Positions 37,941 through 47,524 of a stretch of DNA of 64,000 bases are shown in pieces. Source of the stretch: SAR202 cluster bacterium bin16 (GTDB lineage: Bacteria > Chloroflexota > Dehalococcoidia > Lucifugimonadales > Australimonadaceae). The notes beneath the pieces are model-generated. The model had not been told where the DNA came from and ran no database searches. It saw only the letters and a list, made by a program, of their open reading frames with translations. The translations under genes were made by a program, and so were the position numbers. The stretch's first letter is position 1. Each line of letters opens with the position of its first letter. The stretch is taken from positions 20,209 to 84,208 of the forward strand of contig MPMJ01000009.1 of assembly GCA_002238425.1 (NCBI GenBank), given 5' to 3'.

Positions 37941-39293
37941 TTACCCCTGGCCCACCAGCTTGCGACGCTCGGCAGCGTCCTCGCCGCCCTTCACGCCGCG
38001 CTGGTTGAGGATGGGGCTGTACTTGCTCGCCATCCCCTGGCGCTCGTAGACGCTCGTGCCCGTGCCCGTGCCGCCGAGGTCGTTCGGGTTGATCTTCGCC
38101 GCAAGTTCGCGCGGGTACTCCGTGACCATCCCGTGGTACCGGTTCTCCTCCGGTGTGCGGAACGTGTTCATCGGGTCGCCGCCGTCCTCGACGATCTTGA
38201 TGTTGTCCTCGAGCATCTGGCGGAACATGATGATGCCCTTGTCGGAGCGTCCCAGGTGTTCGCCCGTGCGGTCGGCGATGTCGCCCTGCGTGATCCACGC
38301 CGCGACGTCCTGCGCGGAGTTGCTGTCCAGGATGACGTACTGCGGCTGGTCATTCTCGTCCAATTGGATGACGGGAGGCGCGAAGAACGGTACGTCCTCC
38401 GGCGCCTGCTCGGGCGTGTCCGCTTCCTTGGGATGGCACATCACCCACCAGTGTGCGGTGTTGTAATCGTCTATCGGGACGCGGATCTGCACCGCCGGAC
38501 CGGTCATGCCCCACTTCTCGCGGTCGAACCCGTCGCCGCCCTGGCGCAGGTAGTACGGGAAGATGATGGGGTGACCCTCACGCCAGGAAGTGTCCTCTTC
38601 AGAACCGCCCTCCATGACGCGGCGCTTGTAGATGCCGTACTCGTACTCCGTGAACGCGATCTTCTCGTGGTGCCGGATCGTCTTCTGGCGTTCCGGTTCG
38701 TCCCGCATCACGGAGATGAAGTTGGACCAGTAGCCGTGGAGCCACTCCAGGTGCACCGGGTCCAGCGAGTTCTCCTGGCACTGAAGCCAGTTGCACGGCA
38801 GCACGGCCAGTCCGATGTCCCTGATGACGTCGTCTACCGCGAAAACGTCCCAGTTCGGTACGAGCGGCGCGGGTGTGGGGCCGAGGTAGGCAAACAGCAG
38901 CCCGGCCTTCTGCTCGACCGGGTACGCCTTCATCTGGATCTTGTCCTTGAACCGCGCCTCCGGGTCCTCCGTCTCCTCGTACGGCTGCTCCGTGCACTGG
39001 CCGGTCTCGTCGTAGAGCCAGCCGTGGTAAGGGCACCGCAGACCGTGCTCCTCGGGGATGCCGTAGATCATGTTCATGCGCCGGTGGGCGCAGTGCGGCT
39101 CCATCAGACCGAACGTGCCGGATCGGTCCTTGTAGAGGATGAGGTCCTCGCCGAGGAGGCGCACCTTCATCGTCCACTTGTCGTTCATCTGGGAGACGGC
39201 GGCTATGGGGTGCCAGTAGCGGCGCATCAACTCGCCGGTGGGCGTGCCGGGACCGACTCGGGTATAGCGGTCGTTTGCTTCCTGCGTCAGCAT
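37941..39293 (-). CDS. Rieske non-heme iron oxygenase alpha subunit, phthalate/KshA-type
   Basis: CAHRRMNMIYGIPEEHGLRCPYHGW. CNWLQCQENSLDPVHLEWLH. Confidence 0.9.
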   Translation of the reverse strand: MLTQEANDRYTRVGPGTPTGELMRRYWHPIAAVSQMNDKWTMKVRLLGEDLILYKDRSGTFGLMEPHCAHRRMNMIYGIPEEHGLRCPYHGWLYDETGQCTEQPYEETEDPEARFKDKIQMKAYPVEQKAGLLFAYLGPTPAPLVPNWDVFAVDDVIRDIGLAVLPCNWLQCQENSLDPVHLEWLHGYWSNFISVMRDEPERQKTIRHHEKIAFTEYEYGIYKRRVMEGGSEEDTSWREGHPIIFPYYLRQGGDGFDREKWGMTGPAVQIRVPIDDYNTAHWWVMCHPKEADTPEQAPEDVPFFAPPVIQLDENDQPQYVILDSNSAQDVAAWITQGDIADRTGEHLGRSDKGIIMFRQMLEDNIKIVEDGGDPMNTFRTPEENRYHGMVTEYPRELAAKINPNDLGGTGTGTSVYERQGMASKYSPILNQRGVKGGEDAAERRKLVGQG

Positions 39294-39365
39294 CGCATCC
39301 TCCTTCTATCCTTCTACCTCGTCTCGATTATCGGGCGCATCATACAGCCGCCCAAGTTCGTGCCG

Positions 39366-40733
39366 CTAGCGTCGGTACGACGGCGAACTCGGGAGCGTCC
39401 GCTCCTCGAACGCACGCTGGACGTCAGCGAGCTTGCGGGGGAACTCCGTCGTCCGGCAGTTGTGCCAGTCGCCCAGTTCCGCTTCCCAGTCCGCGCCCGG
39501 CGGCAGGACCGTCGCGCACGAGCGCACGGTGTACTGCTCCGGGTGCTCCGACGCGGGCGGCGGCGTACCGTCCTCGCGCAGCTGCGTCGCTGCCCGCAGC
39601 AGCATGCGGCGGGCACGGATGATGCTCACGTCCGTTGTCCCCAGGTGTTCGCGCGTCCTGTCCATGATCGGGCCCATGCTGTGGATGACCGCCGAGTCCT
39701 GCAGCCGCACGGTGGGTATACCTGTCGCGTTGCGCTGTTTCGCCGTCTGGTCCATCAGGAAGTCGCTGTCCGGCGCGGCCTGCGGCCACCACTTCGCGAA
39801 GAAGCGCCCGTGCTGCTCCGGCTTCATCGGCCCGACGCCCGGCACGAGCGTCCCCGGCTCCTCCGGCAACGCCGAATGCGGCTTGCCGTTGCCCGGCATC
39901 TCCCCCGCGGGCTTCCACCAGATGCCCATGTGGACGGTGTGGTAGTCGTCCACCGGCAGGTAGATGGAGAGCGGCACGACGCCGTCCTGCGCCGGGAACA
40001 TCCCGTAGATGGGGAAGATAAACTGCGTAGTGCGCCAGTAGACGTTGCCGTCCAGCTCATGGCGCTCCGCGCCGTAGGTGAAGCCGTAGGGCTTCTCCGA
40101 GATGTGGAAGTTCGCGCGCTGGTCGTTGTGGTAGAGGCCGTATCGCGGCGAGTCGTCGACGTTCAGCCGGCGATGCAGGAAGTACACGTGCGTCGAGTCC
40201 AGTTCCCCCTCGAGCGCCTGCATCCAGTTGCACTCGTAGACGATCTTCTGCGCGTAGCTCACGTTCTCCGGCGGTATCTGCCCCCACTCGAACAGCGGGA
40301 TGCCGGGCGGATCATCCTGGTTGGGGCCCATGTAGATCCACGTAACCCCGCCGTAGTCCGCGCCCTTGTACGCCGTTATCCGTACCTTCTGCTTGAAGGC
40401 GCTCTCAGCGGGCTCGTTCGGCATGTCGACGCACTGACCGTCGGCATCGAACTTCCAGCCGTGGTAGGCGCAGCGCAGGCCCTCTTCCTCGGTGCGGCCG
40501 TAGAAGAAGCCGGCGCCCCGGTGCGGGCAGTTCGCCTGCGTGAATGCGGGAGTCCCATCGAGTGTGCGCCAGATAACGAGGTCCTCGCCCAGCACGCGTA
40601 CGCGCTGCGGCTGTCCCTCCGCTTCGTACTCCCACGAATAGCCGACCGGCAGCCAGTACTGGCGCATCAGGTCGCCCATCGGCGTGCCGCGGCCTACGCG
40701 GCAGAGCAGGTCCGTGTTCTCAGCAGAGAGCAT
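39366..40733 (-). CDS. Rieske non-heme iron oxygenase alpha subunit, phthalate-type (CPHR subgroup)
   Basis: CPHRGAGFFYGRTEEEGLRCAYHGW. CNWMQALEGELDSTHVYFLH. Confidence 0.9.
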   Translation of the reverse strand: MLSAENTDLLCRVGRGTPMGDLMRQYWLPVGYSWEYEAEGQPQRVRVLGEDLVIWRTLDGTPAFTQANCPHRGAGFFYGRTEEEGLRCAYHGWKFDADGQCVDMPNEPAESAFKQKVRITAYKGADYGGVTWIYMGPNQDDPPGIPLFEWGQIPPENVSYAQKIVYECNWMQALEGELDSTHVYFLHRRLNVDDSPRYGLYHNDQRANFHISEKPYGFTYGAERHELDGNVYWRTTQFIFPIYGMFPAQDGVVPLSIYLPVDDYHTVHMGIWWKPAGEMPGNGKPHSALPEEPGTLVPGVGPMKPEQHGRFFAKWWPQAAPDSDFLMDQTAKQRNATGIPTVRLQDSAVIHSMGPIMDRTREHLGTTDVSIIRARRMLLRAATQLREDGTPPPASEHPEQYTVRSCATVLPPGADWEAELGDWHNCRTTEFPRKLADVQRAFEERTLPSSPSYRR

Positions 40734-40890
40734 GCCGTCCTCCCGTTACGCCTGAAGCAGCGTTGTGCACTCGGACATCATCCTGCAGGCGCAGCATACG
40801 ACATAGCGCAAGTCCCCGCACCGAACGATGCGCACGGATGCGTCCACTGGCGTATAGTCGCACGCGAGACAACGCCGGAGGAGCAGCAGC

Positions 40891-41676
40891 ATGGAGATCA
40901 CCGAGAACGTCCTGCAGAGCGGTATGCGACTCTGGTACGCTCGGCCTGACGACACGACCGAACCACGCCCCCTCATGGTCATGCTCCACGAGCGCTACGG
41001 CCCCGTCGAGCAGAGCTGGAACGTCATCCGGCGCATGGCGAGCTACGGCTACGTCGCCTGCCTCTCCGACCTCTTCCATCGATACGAGGGCGACCGCGGC
41101 CCCCTCGAACGCTCCGAGGCTCGCTGCGACCCCACCGACGAGCAGACGGTGATCGACATCGACGAGTCCATCGCGTTCATGCGGGGCCTCGATTTCGTGG
41201 ACGGAAGCAACATCGGCCTCGTCGGCTTCTGCCAGAGCGGACGCACCCCAATGGTTTACTCGGCAGCAAGACGCGACGTTGGCGCTCTCGGGGTGTTCCA
41301 CGGTGGCATATACCCCCGCGACTACGAACCCATCTTCGAGGGTCAGGAGCCCATCGCCGACGTGCTCCCCCGCGTCACCGCGCCGATCCTTGCAGGCTTC
41401 GCCGAGCACGACCAGCTCGTGCCCATGGAGAACGTCCGGCGCTTCCGGGGCGAACTGGAGTCCCTCGGTAAACGCGCGAGCGTCCGCGTCTTCAGTGGCA
41501 TCGGCCACGGCTGGTTCAACGTCACTCGCCCCAAGGACTACAACGAGGCGGCGAGCAACGAGTCGTGGGACATGATGGCCGCTTTCGCAGCCGACGCGTT
41601 CGCGGGCACGCTCGGCGATGCCCCGAAGGTCGAGTTCAACGCCGACGCCTCGATCCCGTTCGACTTCTCGATCTAG
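40891..41676 (+). CDS. dienelactone hydrolase family protein
   Basis: MLHERYG and VGFCQSGR. GGAGGAG RBS. Confidence 0.85.
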   Translation: MEITENVLQSGMRLWYARPDDTTEPRPLMVMLHERYGPVEQSWNVIRRMASYGYVACLSDLFHRYEGDRGPLERSEARCDPTDEQTVIDIDESIAFMRGLDFVDGSNIGLVGFCQSGRTPMVYSAARRDVGALGVFHGGIYPRDYEPIFEGQEPIADVLPRVTAPILAGFAEHDQLVPMENVRRFRGELESLGKRASVRVFSGIGHGWFNVTRPKDYNEAASNESWDMMAAFAADAFAGTLGDAPKVEFNADASIPFDFSI

Positions 41677-41724
41677 AGCATAGGGAAGTGGGCGGAATCG
41701 CTATGGCTCAGCGTTAGGAATCTC

Positions 41725-42507
41725 TCACAGTTTCCTGACAGGAAGACAGTCCAACAACATGTTTGTCCTGTTGTCTGCCACACATACTACGAGGTCAGAC
41801 AAGTCGTACTCTTCTGCGGTTAACCTGGTCCAGACTCTGAGAACACCGTCCTCGTAACGGTACAGTATTGCACGCCTCAGGGCCCGTTGTGACTCGAAGT
41901 TTCCTTCGGGTGTCGGGTAGACGCCGCCCAGATGATCTCTGCCACTGAACAGATGCACATTGCTTGTCCATGAATACACGTTCGCAGTGCCTCCGGTACT
42001 ACTGAACCTGTCGCTGATGAAGTCGTCCAGCAGGTAGACGTTCTGTTCGTGTATCGCAACCGCCACCTTGAGCGTCCTCTGGGAGTCCAGGGTAGGTTCT
42101 GATACCCACACGAGATTAGTAGGGGAGATGGTCGGTGTGGGCCTGGGTGTGGCTGTTGCGGTCGGAGTTGCTGTAGGCCGTGGCGCGGGAGCAGCAGTGG
42201 GGCTCGGCCTGGGCGTGGAAGTTGGCCTGGGGGTCGCTGTTGGCGTCGGCGTAGGAGTCGCGGTTGGAGCAGGAGTCGCCGTTGGCGTAGGTGTGGCCGT
42301 TGCCGTTGGAACAGCGGTCGCCGTTGGCGTGGGTGTGATCGTTGGAGTTGGAACAGCGGTCGCCGTTGGCGTGGGTGTGGACGTTGCCGCTGGCACAGGA
42401 GTCGCCGTAGGTACGGGTGTTGCCGTAGGAGTAGGCGCTGGGCTGGAACAGGCTGCAACTAAAGCGATGGACAGCAGGACAGGAACGAGAGACAACGAAC
42501 GGGTCAT
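41725..42507 (-). CDS. lipoprotein with a ~110-aa Pro/Thr linker and a C-terminal domain of unknown function
   Basis: Trimmed to ATG 42507. Signal peptide plus lipobox LVAAC. PTPTAT-type linker encoded at 42109..42447. The C-terminal domain has no recognisable motif. Confidence 0.65.
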   Translation of the reverse strand: MTRSLSLVPVLLSIALVAACSSPAPTPTATPVPTATPVPAATSTPTPTATAVPTPTITPTPTATAVPTATATPTPTATPAPTATPTPTPTATPRPTSTPRPSPTAAPAPRPTATPTATATPRPTPTISPTNLVWVSEPTLDSQRTLKVAVAIHEQNVYLLDDFISDRFSSTGGTANVYSWTSNVHLFSGRDHLGGVYPTPEGNFESQRALRRAILYRYEDGVLRVWTRLTAEEYDLSDLVVCVADNRTNMLLDCLPVRKL

Positions 42508-42594
42508 GCCTTCACCTGGGCGGGGATTTCCGGATAATGGATGGGCGCCAGGCTCAGGCTGGCGCCCACCCATCGCGAGTCTTGCGGAGTGTCT

Positions 42595-43512
42595 CTACAC
42601 CTTGGCCCGGACCCCCGCCGCGAGCTCCGCACTTTCGGAGACGGCAGTGCCGTCCGGGTCCTCCCACGCGATCTGGCCGCCGAGGCCGTGCTCGATGTTC
42701 CACGTGACGACGTCGAAGCACTTGCCCGTCACCTCGGTCGCCGCGTTCTGCTTCGCGAGGAAGAGCGCCAACGGCACCATGTGGTCTGCCCGAAGCGGCA
42801 GCGGCGCGTTCGGGTTGCCCATGCCGAGCTCGCGGCGCGCGATGTTCTGCTCGTCGAAGCCGGTCGTGCGCGTGTGGCCGGGGATCATCAGGTTCACGGC
42901 CACGTTGTCGCTGCGAATCTCGTCCGCCAGGTAGAACATCATCGTGAGCAGCGCGGCTTTGGTCGACTGGTACGGCATCTCGCGGCTGTTCGGACGGAAC
43001 GCCTTGTACGCGCCGCCGTAGGAGTGGTGCAGCGCGCCGCTGCTGATGATGGAGATGACGCTGCCGGAGCGCTGCTGGATCATCGGCTGGATGAAGCGCC
43101 GCGTGACTTTGAGCGCGCCGAACACGTTGACGCCGAAGGCCCGCTCCCAGTCCTCGTCGCTCGTCTCCAGCGTCGTGATGCGCCCTGTCGGCGGGAAGAG
43201 GATGCGCTGCCGCATGGCGGCGTCGTTGATGACCACGTCGCACGTGCCCCACTTCGCCAATGTCTCCTCGTACGCCGCGTCGATCTGCGCGCCGTCCGCA
43301 ACGTCCACTGTCGCCACGAGCACGTCGTCGGGGCGGCCGCGCAGGCTGTCCAGGAACTCGGTGTCCCTGTCGCTGGAGAAGCCCGACGGCTCCCAGGACA
43401 GGTCCATCGCCACCACCTTTGCGCCTTCCGCCAGGAATGCCTGCGTGAACGCCCGGCCCATCCCTCGCGCCGCTCCGGTTATCGCTACGACTTTGCCAGC
43501 AAGTTCGCTCAT
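42595..43512 (-). CDS. SDR family oxidoreductase
   Basis: Trimmed to ATG 43512 after GAGGAG. GKVVAITGAARGMGRAF cofactor motif. Confidence 0.85.
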   Translation of the reverse strand: MSELAGKVVAITGAARGMGRAFTQAFLAEGAKVVAMDLSWEPSGFSSDRDTEFLDSLRGRPDDVLVATVDVADGAQIDAAYEETLAKWGTCDVVINDAAMRQRILFPPTGRITTLETSDEDWERAFGVNVFGALKVTRRFIQPMIQQRSGSVISIISSGALHHSYGGAYKAFRPNSREMPYQSTKAALLTMMFYLADEIRSDNVAVNLMIPGHTRTTGFDEQNIARRELGMGNPNAPLPLRADHMVPLALFLAKQNAATEVTGKCFDVVTWNIEHGLGGQIAWEDPDGTAVSESAELAAGVRAKV

Positions 43513-43650
43513 CTCTTCACTCCTCGGATACCGCCCCAACACGCGCGCCGGGCGGAAGATGCGCCAATCATACTCCGCCAGCCGATGGGACGCTCGCCCC
43601 GCGTGTCCGATAATGGTACGAGTGGGCACACCGCCCGCAGGCGGTTGGAC

Positions 43651-44406
43651 GTGAAGATACTGGGTAAACGCATCGGGCTCGGGAACGGCACCGCGGCGGA
43701 CGTTGCCCGCTTCCTGCGAGGGCCGGACCGCCGCAGGCGCGAGCTCCGGCAGGCCGCAAGCGTCTTCCGCGAGATGATCGGCGGCTTCCGCGCGCTCCAC
43801 TTCGTCGGCCCGTGCGTCACAGTGTTCGGCTCCGCCCGCACGCCGGAGGACAGTCCGTACTACCGCCTCGGCATGGAGGTGGGCGGCGCGCTCGCTGACG
43901 CCGGGTTCACCGTCATGACTGGCGGCGGGCCCGGCATCATGGAGGCGGCGAGCCGCGGCGCGAAAGAAGCGGGCGGGCGCACCGTCGGCTGCACCATCCG
44001 CATCGACGAGGAAGAGGACGCCAACGCCTACCTGGACACCTGCAAGGAGTTCAACTATTTCTTCGTCCGTAAGGTGATGCTGGTCAAGTACTCGTACGGC
44101 TTCATCGTCATGCCTGGCGGCTACGGCACCCTCGACGAGGTCTTCGAGACCGCGACGCTCGTGCAGACCCGCAAGATCGAGGACTTCCCCATCGTCCTCA
44201 TGGGCGCGGACTTCTGGCAGCCGATGCTCGGGTTCATGGAGGAGACGCTAGTCGCCCAGAACATGATCGACCCCGAGGACTTCGCCGCCATCACCGTCAC
44301 CGACGACGCCCAGGAGGCCGCGTCGCTCATCCGCAACGCCGCCGTCCGGCGTCACGGCCCGCGCTTCACCGACGTCCTCCGCCGCAACCGCCTGCTGCTC
44401 GAGTAG
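43651..44406 (+). CDS. LOG-family (TIGR00730-type) Rossmann protein
   Basis: VTVFGSAR...TGGGPGIMEAA...MPGGYGTLDE motifs. Start is uncertain: GTG 43651, with ATG 43585 as the alternative. The upstream 1.1 kb of track ORF 42541..44406 is a shadow of the SDR gene. Confidence 0.8.
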   Translation: MKILGKRIGLGNGTAADVARFLRGPDRRRRELRQAASVFREMIGGFRALHFVGPCVTVFGSARTPEDSPYYRLGMEVGGALADAGFTVMTGGGPGIMEAASRGAKEAGGRTVGCTIRIDEEEDANAYLDTCKEFNYFFVRKVMLVKYSYGFIVMPGGYGTLDEVFETATLVQTRKIEDFPIVLMGADFWQPMLGFMEETLVAQNMIDPEDFAAITVTDDAQEAASLIRNAAVRRHGPRFTDVLRRNRLLLE

Positions 44407-44425
44407 CGAACGCCAGCCGCGCTGC

Positions 44426-45571
44426 CTACGCGGGCAGGTAGCTCGGGAAGCCGTAGAGCGCGACGCAGTTGTCGTGCACGATCTTCCGCATGTCCTCCTG
44501 CGCCTCTGGTCCGGCGAAGTCGCGCTCGGTGAACTCGCGGGACTTCGGCCACGTGGACGCCGCGTGTGGGTAGTCCGACGACCACATCACGCGGTCGACG
44601 CCGATGTCTCCCCGGTACCGGATCCCCACCTCGTCGTCGATGTAGGTGACGTACACCTGGCGGGCGAAGTACTCCGTCGGCTTCATGCTGAGCGGCGTCG
44701 AGAAGCCGCCTCGCCTGCTCGAACCGGTCCCCACCGTGCCGTTGATCCGGCCGAGCCAGAACGGCACCCAGCCGACGCCGTACTCGGCGGAGATGACGTT
44801 GAGCGTGGGGAACCGCTCCAGCACGCCGGACGCGATGATGACCGCGATCGACTTCTGCACCTCGTGCGCCGCGATGATCGGCCGCAGCACGCGGTTCTCC
44901 CTACCGAACTCGTACCGGGGACGCTCCATGCCCGTCGGCGGGTGGAGGCTGAGGGGCATGCCGAGCTCCTCTGCCTTGTTCCAGAAGACGTCGTACGTGT
45001 CCAGGTGGTACGGCTGGTCCTCGGGCGGCGACGCCCAGATCATCGCGCCGCTCAGGCCCATCTTCGCGCAGCGTTCGAGCTCCTCCGCGCCGAGGTTGGG
45101 GTCGTACAGCGATATCAGGGCCAGTCCCTTCAGCCGGTCGGGCGCGTAGCTGCAGTACTCGGCCAACCAGTCGTTGTAGACGCGGAAGCACTCGCGCTGC
45201 AGCGCCGGGTCCAACAGCCAGAAGAGCCGGAAGCCGAGCGTCGTGTACAGCACTTCGGCAGCCACGCCGTCGACGGCCATGTCCTTCAGCCGCTCCGCCG
45301 GGTCCCACCCGCCGGGGCGAGCATCCGCGTATCCGCCGGTCTTCATGAACTCGACCTTCTCTTCGGCGGTGCGGCTCTGGCCCCCGGCAACCCCGACGGC
45401 GAGGTCGTGGGGCTGGTAGCCCTCGTAGACCCACCATGCTCCCGGGACGCCGTTGTACTCGTCCTCGACGTGCGGCGCGCGATCACGGAACTTCGCGTCC
45501 ATCCGCGTCGTCCACAGGTCCAGCGGCTCGCTCATGTGTGAGTCCGACGATATGTACCACGCATCTACCAT
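44426..45571 (-). CDS. amidohydrolase_2 family protein
   Basis: Trimmed to ATG 45571 after GGGGAGGA. SSDSHMSEP and SSDYPHAAS motifs. Confidence 0.85.
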   Translation of the reverse strand: MVDAWYISSDSHMSEPLDLWTTRMDAKFRDRAPHVEDEYNGVPGAWWVYEGYQPHDLAVGVAGGQSRTAEEKVEFMKTGGYADARPGGWDPAERLKDMAVDGVAAEVLYTTLGFRLFWLLDPALQRECFRVYNDWLAEYCSYAPDRLKGLALISLYDPNLGAEELERCAKMGLSGAMIWASPPEDQPYHLDTYDVFWNKAEELGMPLSLHPPTGMERPRYEFGRENRVLRPIIAAHEVQKSIAVIIASGVLERFPTLNVISAEYGVGWVPFWLGRINGTVGTGSSRRGGFSTPLSMKPTEYFARQVYVTYIDDEVGIRYRGDIGVDRVMWSSDYPHAASTWPKSREFTERDFAGPEAQEDMRKIVHDNCVALYGFPSYLPA

Positions 45572-45716
45572 CGGTTTCCTCCCCGTGCTCCTGGCGCACG
45601 CACGCCCTTGTGCGCGCAATATCCTCCCACCCGCATTCCCCGTCAAATCCGCCGCGCCTGCAAGCACGCCACCCATGGCGTATGTGGGGGCGCAGCGGTT
45701 GGACGGGACAGGCGGC

Positions 45717-45814
45717 GCGGGCGGAATGCAACGCCCATGCGGACGGAATGCAACGCCAACGCGGACGAAGTGCAACACGGACCGGGACGGAATGCAGCAG
45801 AATGCAACAGCCCG
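45717..45814. repeat. degenerate 22-bp tandem repeat (GCGGACGGAATGCAACGCCAAC), about 3 full and 2 partial units
   Basis: Units start at 45717, 45739 and 45761 (19/22 and 17/22 identities by hand), with partial units at 45783 and 45801. The AATGCAAC core recurs at 22-bp phase. Confidence 0.7.
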
Positions 45815-45847
45815 TTCACTCCTGAAGGAGAACCCGCCAGGAGTGAA
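45815..45847. other. 10-bp stem-loop directly after the tandem repeat
   Basis: TTCACTCCTG pairs with CAGGAGTGAA. The 13-nt loop is AAGGAGAACCCGC. An unusually AT-rich stretch follows (45855-45892). Confidence 0.4.
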
Positions 45848-46113
45848 ACGGCAGGATGTCTTTCTGAAAAGTGTCGCATTCTGTCGCTTTTTCCCTGACG
45901 GGACCTCAGCCCTGTGACCAGCATAGGGCGAGGACGGAGGTCCGCGTAAGGGGCGGATGTCACTCCGCAGGAAGAGGGCGGGTATGACGGGACCCCGTCA
46001 ACTTGCACCCGCCTGCCATCTGATTGACAATCCGCACTGACTGTAGGAAAACGCCAACTGTCCCGGTATGGGAGCGTTCTCGTAAGAAACGAGCGCGGCA
46101 CAGGAGGACTGCA

Positions 46114-47499
46114 ATGGTCTCGATCATCAGTTCACGCGGCGACCGGTCGCTTCGCAGCCTGGTGAACCTCGACGAGGGGCTCATCGCAAGAGAGATCTAC
46201 GTCAACGCGGCGATCTACCAGCAGGAACTGGAGCAGATATTCGCCCGCGCGTGGCTCTTCCTCGGACACGAGAGCCAGGTGCCCAACCCCGGCGATTTCG
46301 TCATCTCCCGCATGGGCGAGGAGGAGATCATCGTCACGCGCGACAGGAAGAACGTCATCCACGCGTTCCTCAACACCTGCCGCCACCGCGGCATGAAGGT
46401 CTGCCGCTACGACGACGGCAACACCCTCGTCTTCACATGCCCCTTCCACGGCTGGTCGTACGACACGGACGGCAGGCTCGTCGGCGTCCCGCACCACAAG
46501 CAGGCCTACAACGAGGAGCTCGACAAGGGTAAGTGGGGGTTGCACGAGGTAGCCCAGCTCGCCAACTACTACGGCTCGCTCTGGGCGACGTGGGACCCCA
46601 AGGCTCCGTCGTTCGAGGACTACCTCGGCGTCTACGCCCCGACCATCAAGTGGTGTTTCGAGAGCTCCGGCGGCGAGGACAACGGCGTCGAGCTCTTCAA
46701 CCCCGCCACCAAGTGGTACATCCCCACGAACTGGAAGTTCCCCGGCTTCTCGTTCGACGGCGACAGCGCCCACGGCGCGATGACGCACCGCTCCGTCAAC
46801 GTCGCCGCCATCGGGCCGCAGGGCGACCTGCAGGGCGGCAGCCGGAGCGGCATGAGGGCGCCCTTCCCTTCCACCTCCTACGAGATGCAACTGCCGGAGC
46901 TCGGCCACGGCGGTCACAACTTCATGTTCGAGCAGCCCGGCACGGCCGAGTATATGGACACCTGGCAGACCGAGCCGCCTGAGGTCGACGCCTACTACCG
47001 CGCGCAGCGGGAGAAGAAGCAGGCGCGCTACAAGGACACGTACCTGCACGCGGGCAACGGCGGCACCGCCCTCGTCTGGCCGAACGTCAACATCCAGCCG
47101 CACCGCATCCTCATCTGGCACCCGCACGGCGTCGGCGTCACCGAGTCCTGGCGGCAGTACCCCGTCGACAAGGACGCCCCCAAGGTCGTGAAGGACGCCC
47201 AGCGGCGCTACATGATGCGCTACGGCGGCCCCACCGGCCTCACCGAGTCCGACGACATGGAGAACTGGAACTACGCCTTCCCCGCAAGCCTGGGCACCAT
47301 CGCCCAGCGCCTCCCCTACAACTTCCAGATGGGCCTCGGCCACGACTTCACGGACGAGCGCTTCCCCGGCATGACCTTCACCTTCCGCATCGCCGAGGCG
47401 AACCAGCGCGCGCGCCTCCGTCGCTGGATCGAGTTCATGGAAGCCTCCAGCTGGGACGACATCTACCCCGTCCACCCCAAGAAGAACACGGAGCGCTGA
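46114..47499 (+). CDS. aromatic-ring-hydroxylating dioxygenase alpha subunit (alpha/beta type)
   Basis: Trimmed to ATG 46114 after AGGAGGA. IFARAWLFLGHESQVP. CRHRGMKVCRYDDGNTLVFTCPFHGW. Confidence 0.9.
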   Translation: MVSIISSRGDRSLRSLVNLDEGLIAREIYVNAAIYQQELEQIFARAWLFLGHESQVPNPGDFVISRMGEEEIIVTRDRKNVIHAFLNTCRHRGMKVCRYDDGNTLVFTCPFHGWSYDTDGRLVGVPHHKQAYNEELDKGKWGLHEVAQLANYYGSLWATWDPKAPSFEDYLGVYAPTIKWCFESSGGEDNGVELFNPATKWYIPTNWKFPGFSFDGDSAHGAMTHRSVNVAAIGPQGDLQGGSRSGMRAPFPSTSYEMQLPELGHGGHNFMFEQPGTAEYMDTWQTEPPEVDAYYRAQREKKQARYKDTYLHAGNGGTALVWPNVNIQPHRILIWHPHGVGVTESWRQYPVDKDAPKVVKDAQRRYMMRYGGPTGLTESDDMENWNYAFPASLGTIAQRLPYNFQMGLGHDFTDERFPGMTFTFRIAEANQRARLRRWIEFMEASSWDDIYPVHPKKNTER

Positions 47500-47524
47500 A
47501 CCCGGAACAGCGTCAGGAGACACC

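Noticed and set aside
37806-40949. 1047-aa ORF on the plus strand, the longest ORF in the track
   Set aside because: It lies exactly antisense to two well-supported Rieske oxygenase genes. It is Arg/Ala/Val/Leu-rich with no motif and no RBS. This is a typical shadow ORF of high-GC DNA.
42109-42447. Repetitive DNA that could be mistaken for a CRISPR or tandem-repeat array (also 16234-16443 and 56660-56880)
   Set aside because: These are in-frame Pro/Thr codon repeats inside lipoprotein genes. There are no uniform repeat-spacer units and no cas genes.
42541-43650. N-terminal 370 aa of the 621-aa ORF that ends as the LOG-family protein
   Set aside because: This part is antisense to the SDR gene 42595..43512 and has no LOG homology. 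LOG-like similarity begins near 43651.
45585-45615. Sigma-54-like TGGC...TTG element (CTGGCGCACGCACGCCCTTGTGC)
   Set aside because: The GG/GC spacing does not fit the -24/-12 consensus, and the site is about 500 bp from the dioxygenase start.
46023-46050. TTGACA hexamer as the -35 of the dioxygenase operon promoter
   Set aside because: No acceptable -10 lies at 16-18 bp spacing; only TAGGAA occurs, after 14 bp. A similar TTGTAG-N13-TAGGAA lies upstream of 13876 but is too weak to call.
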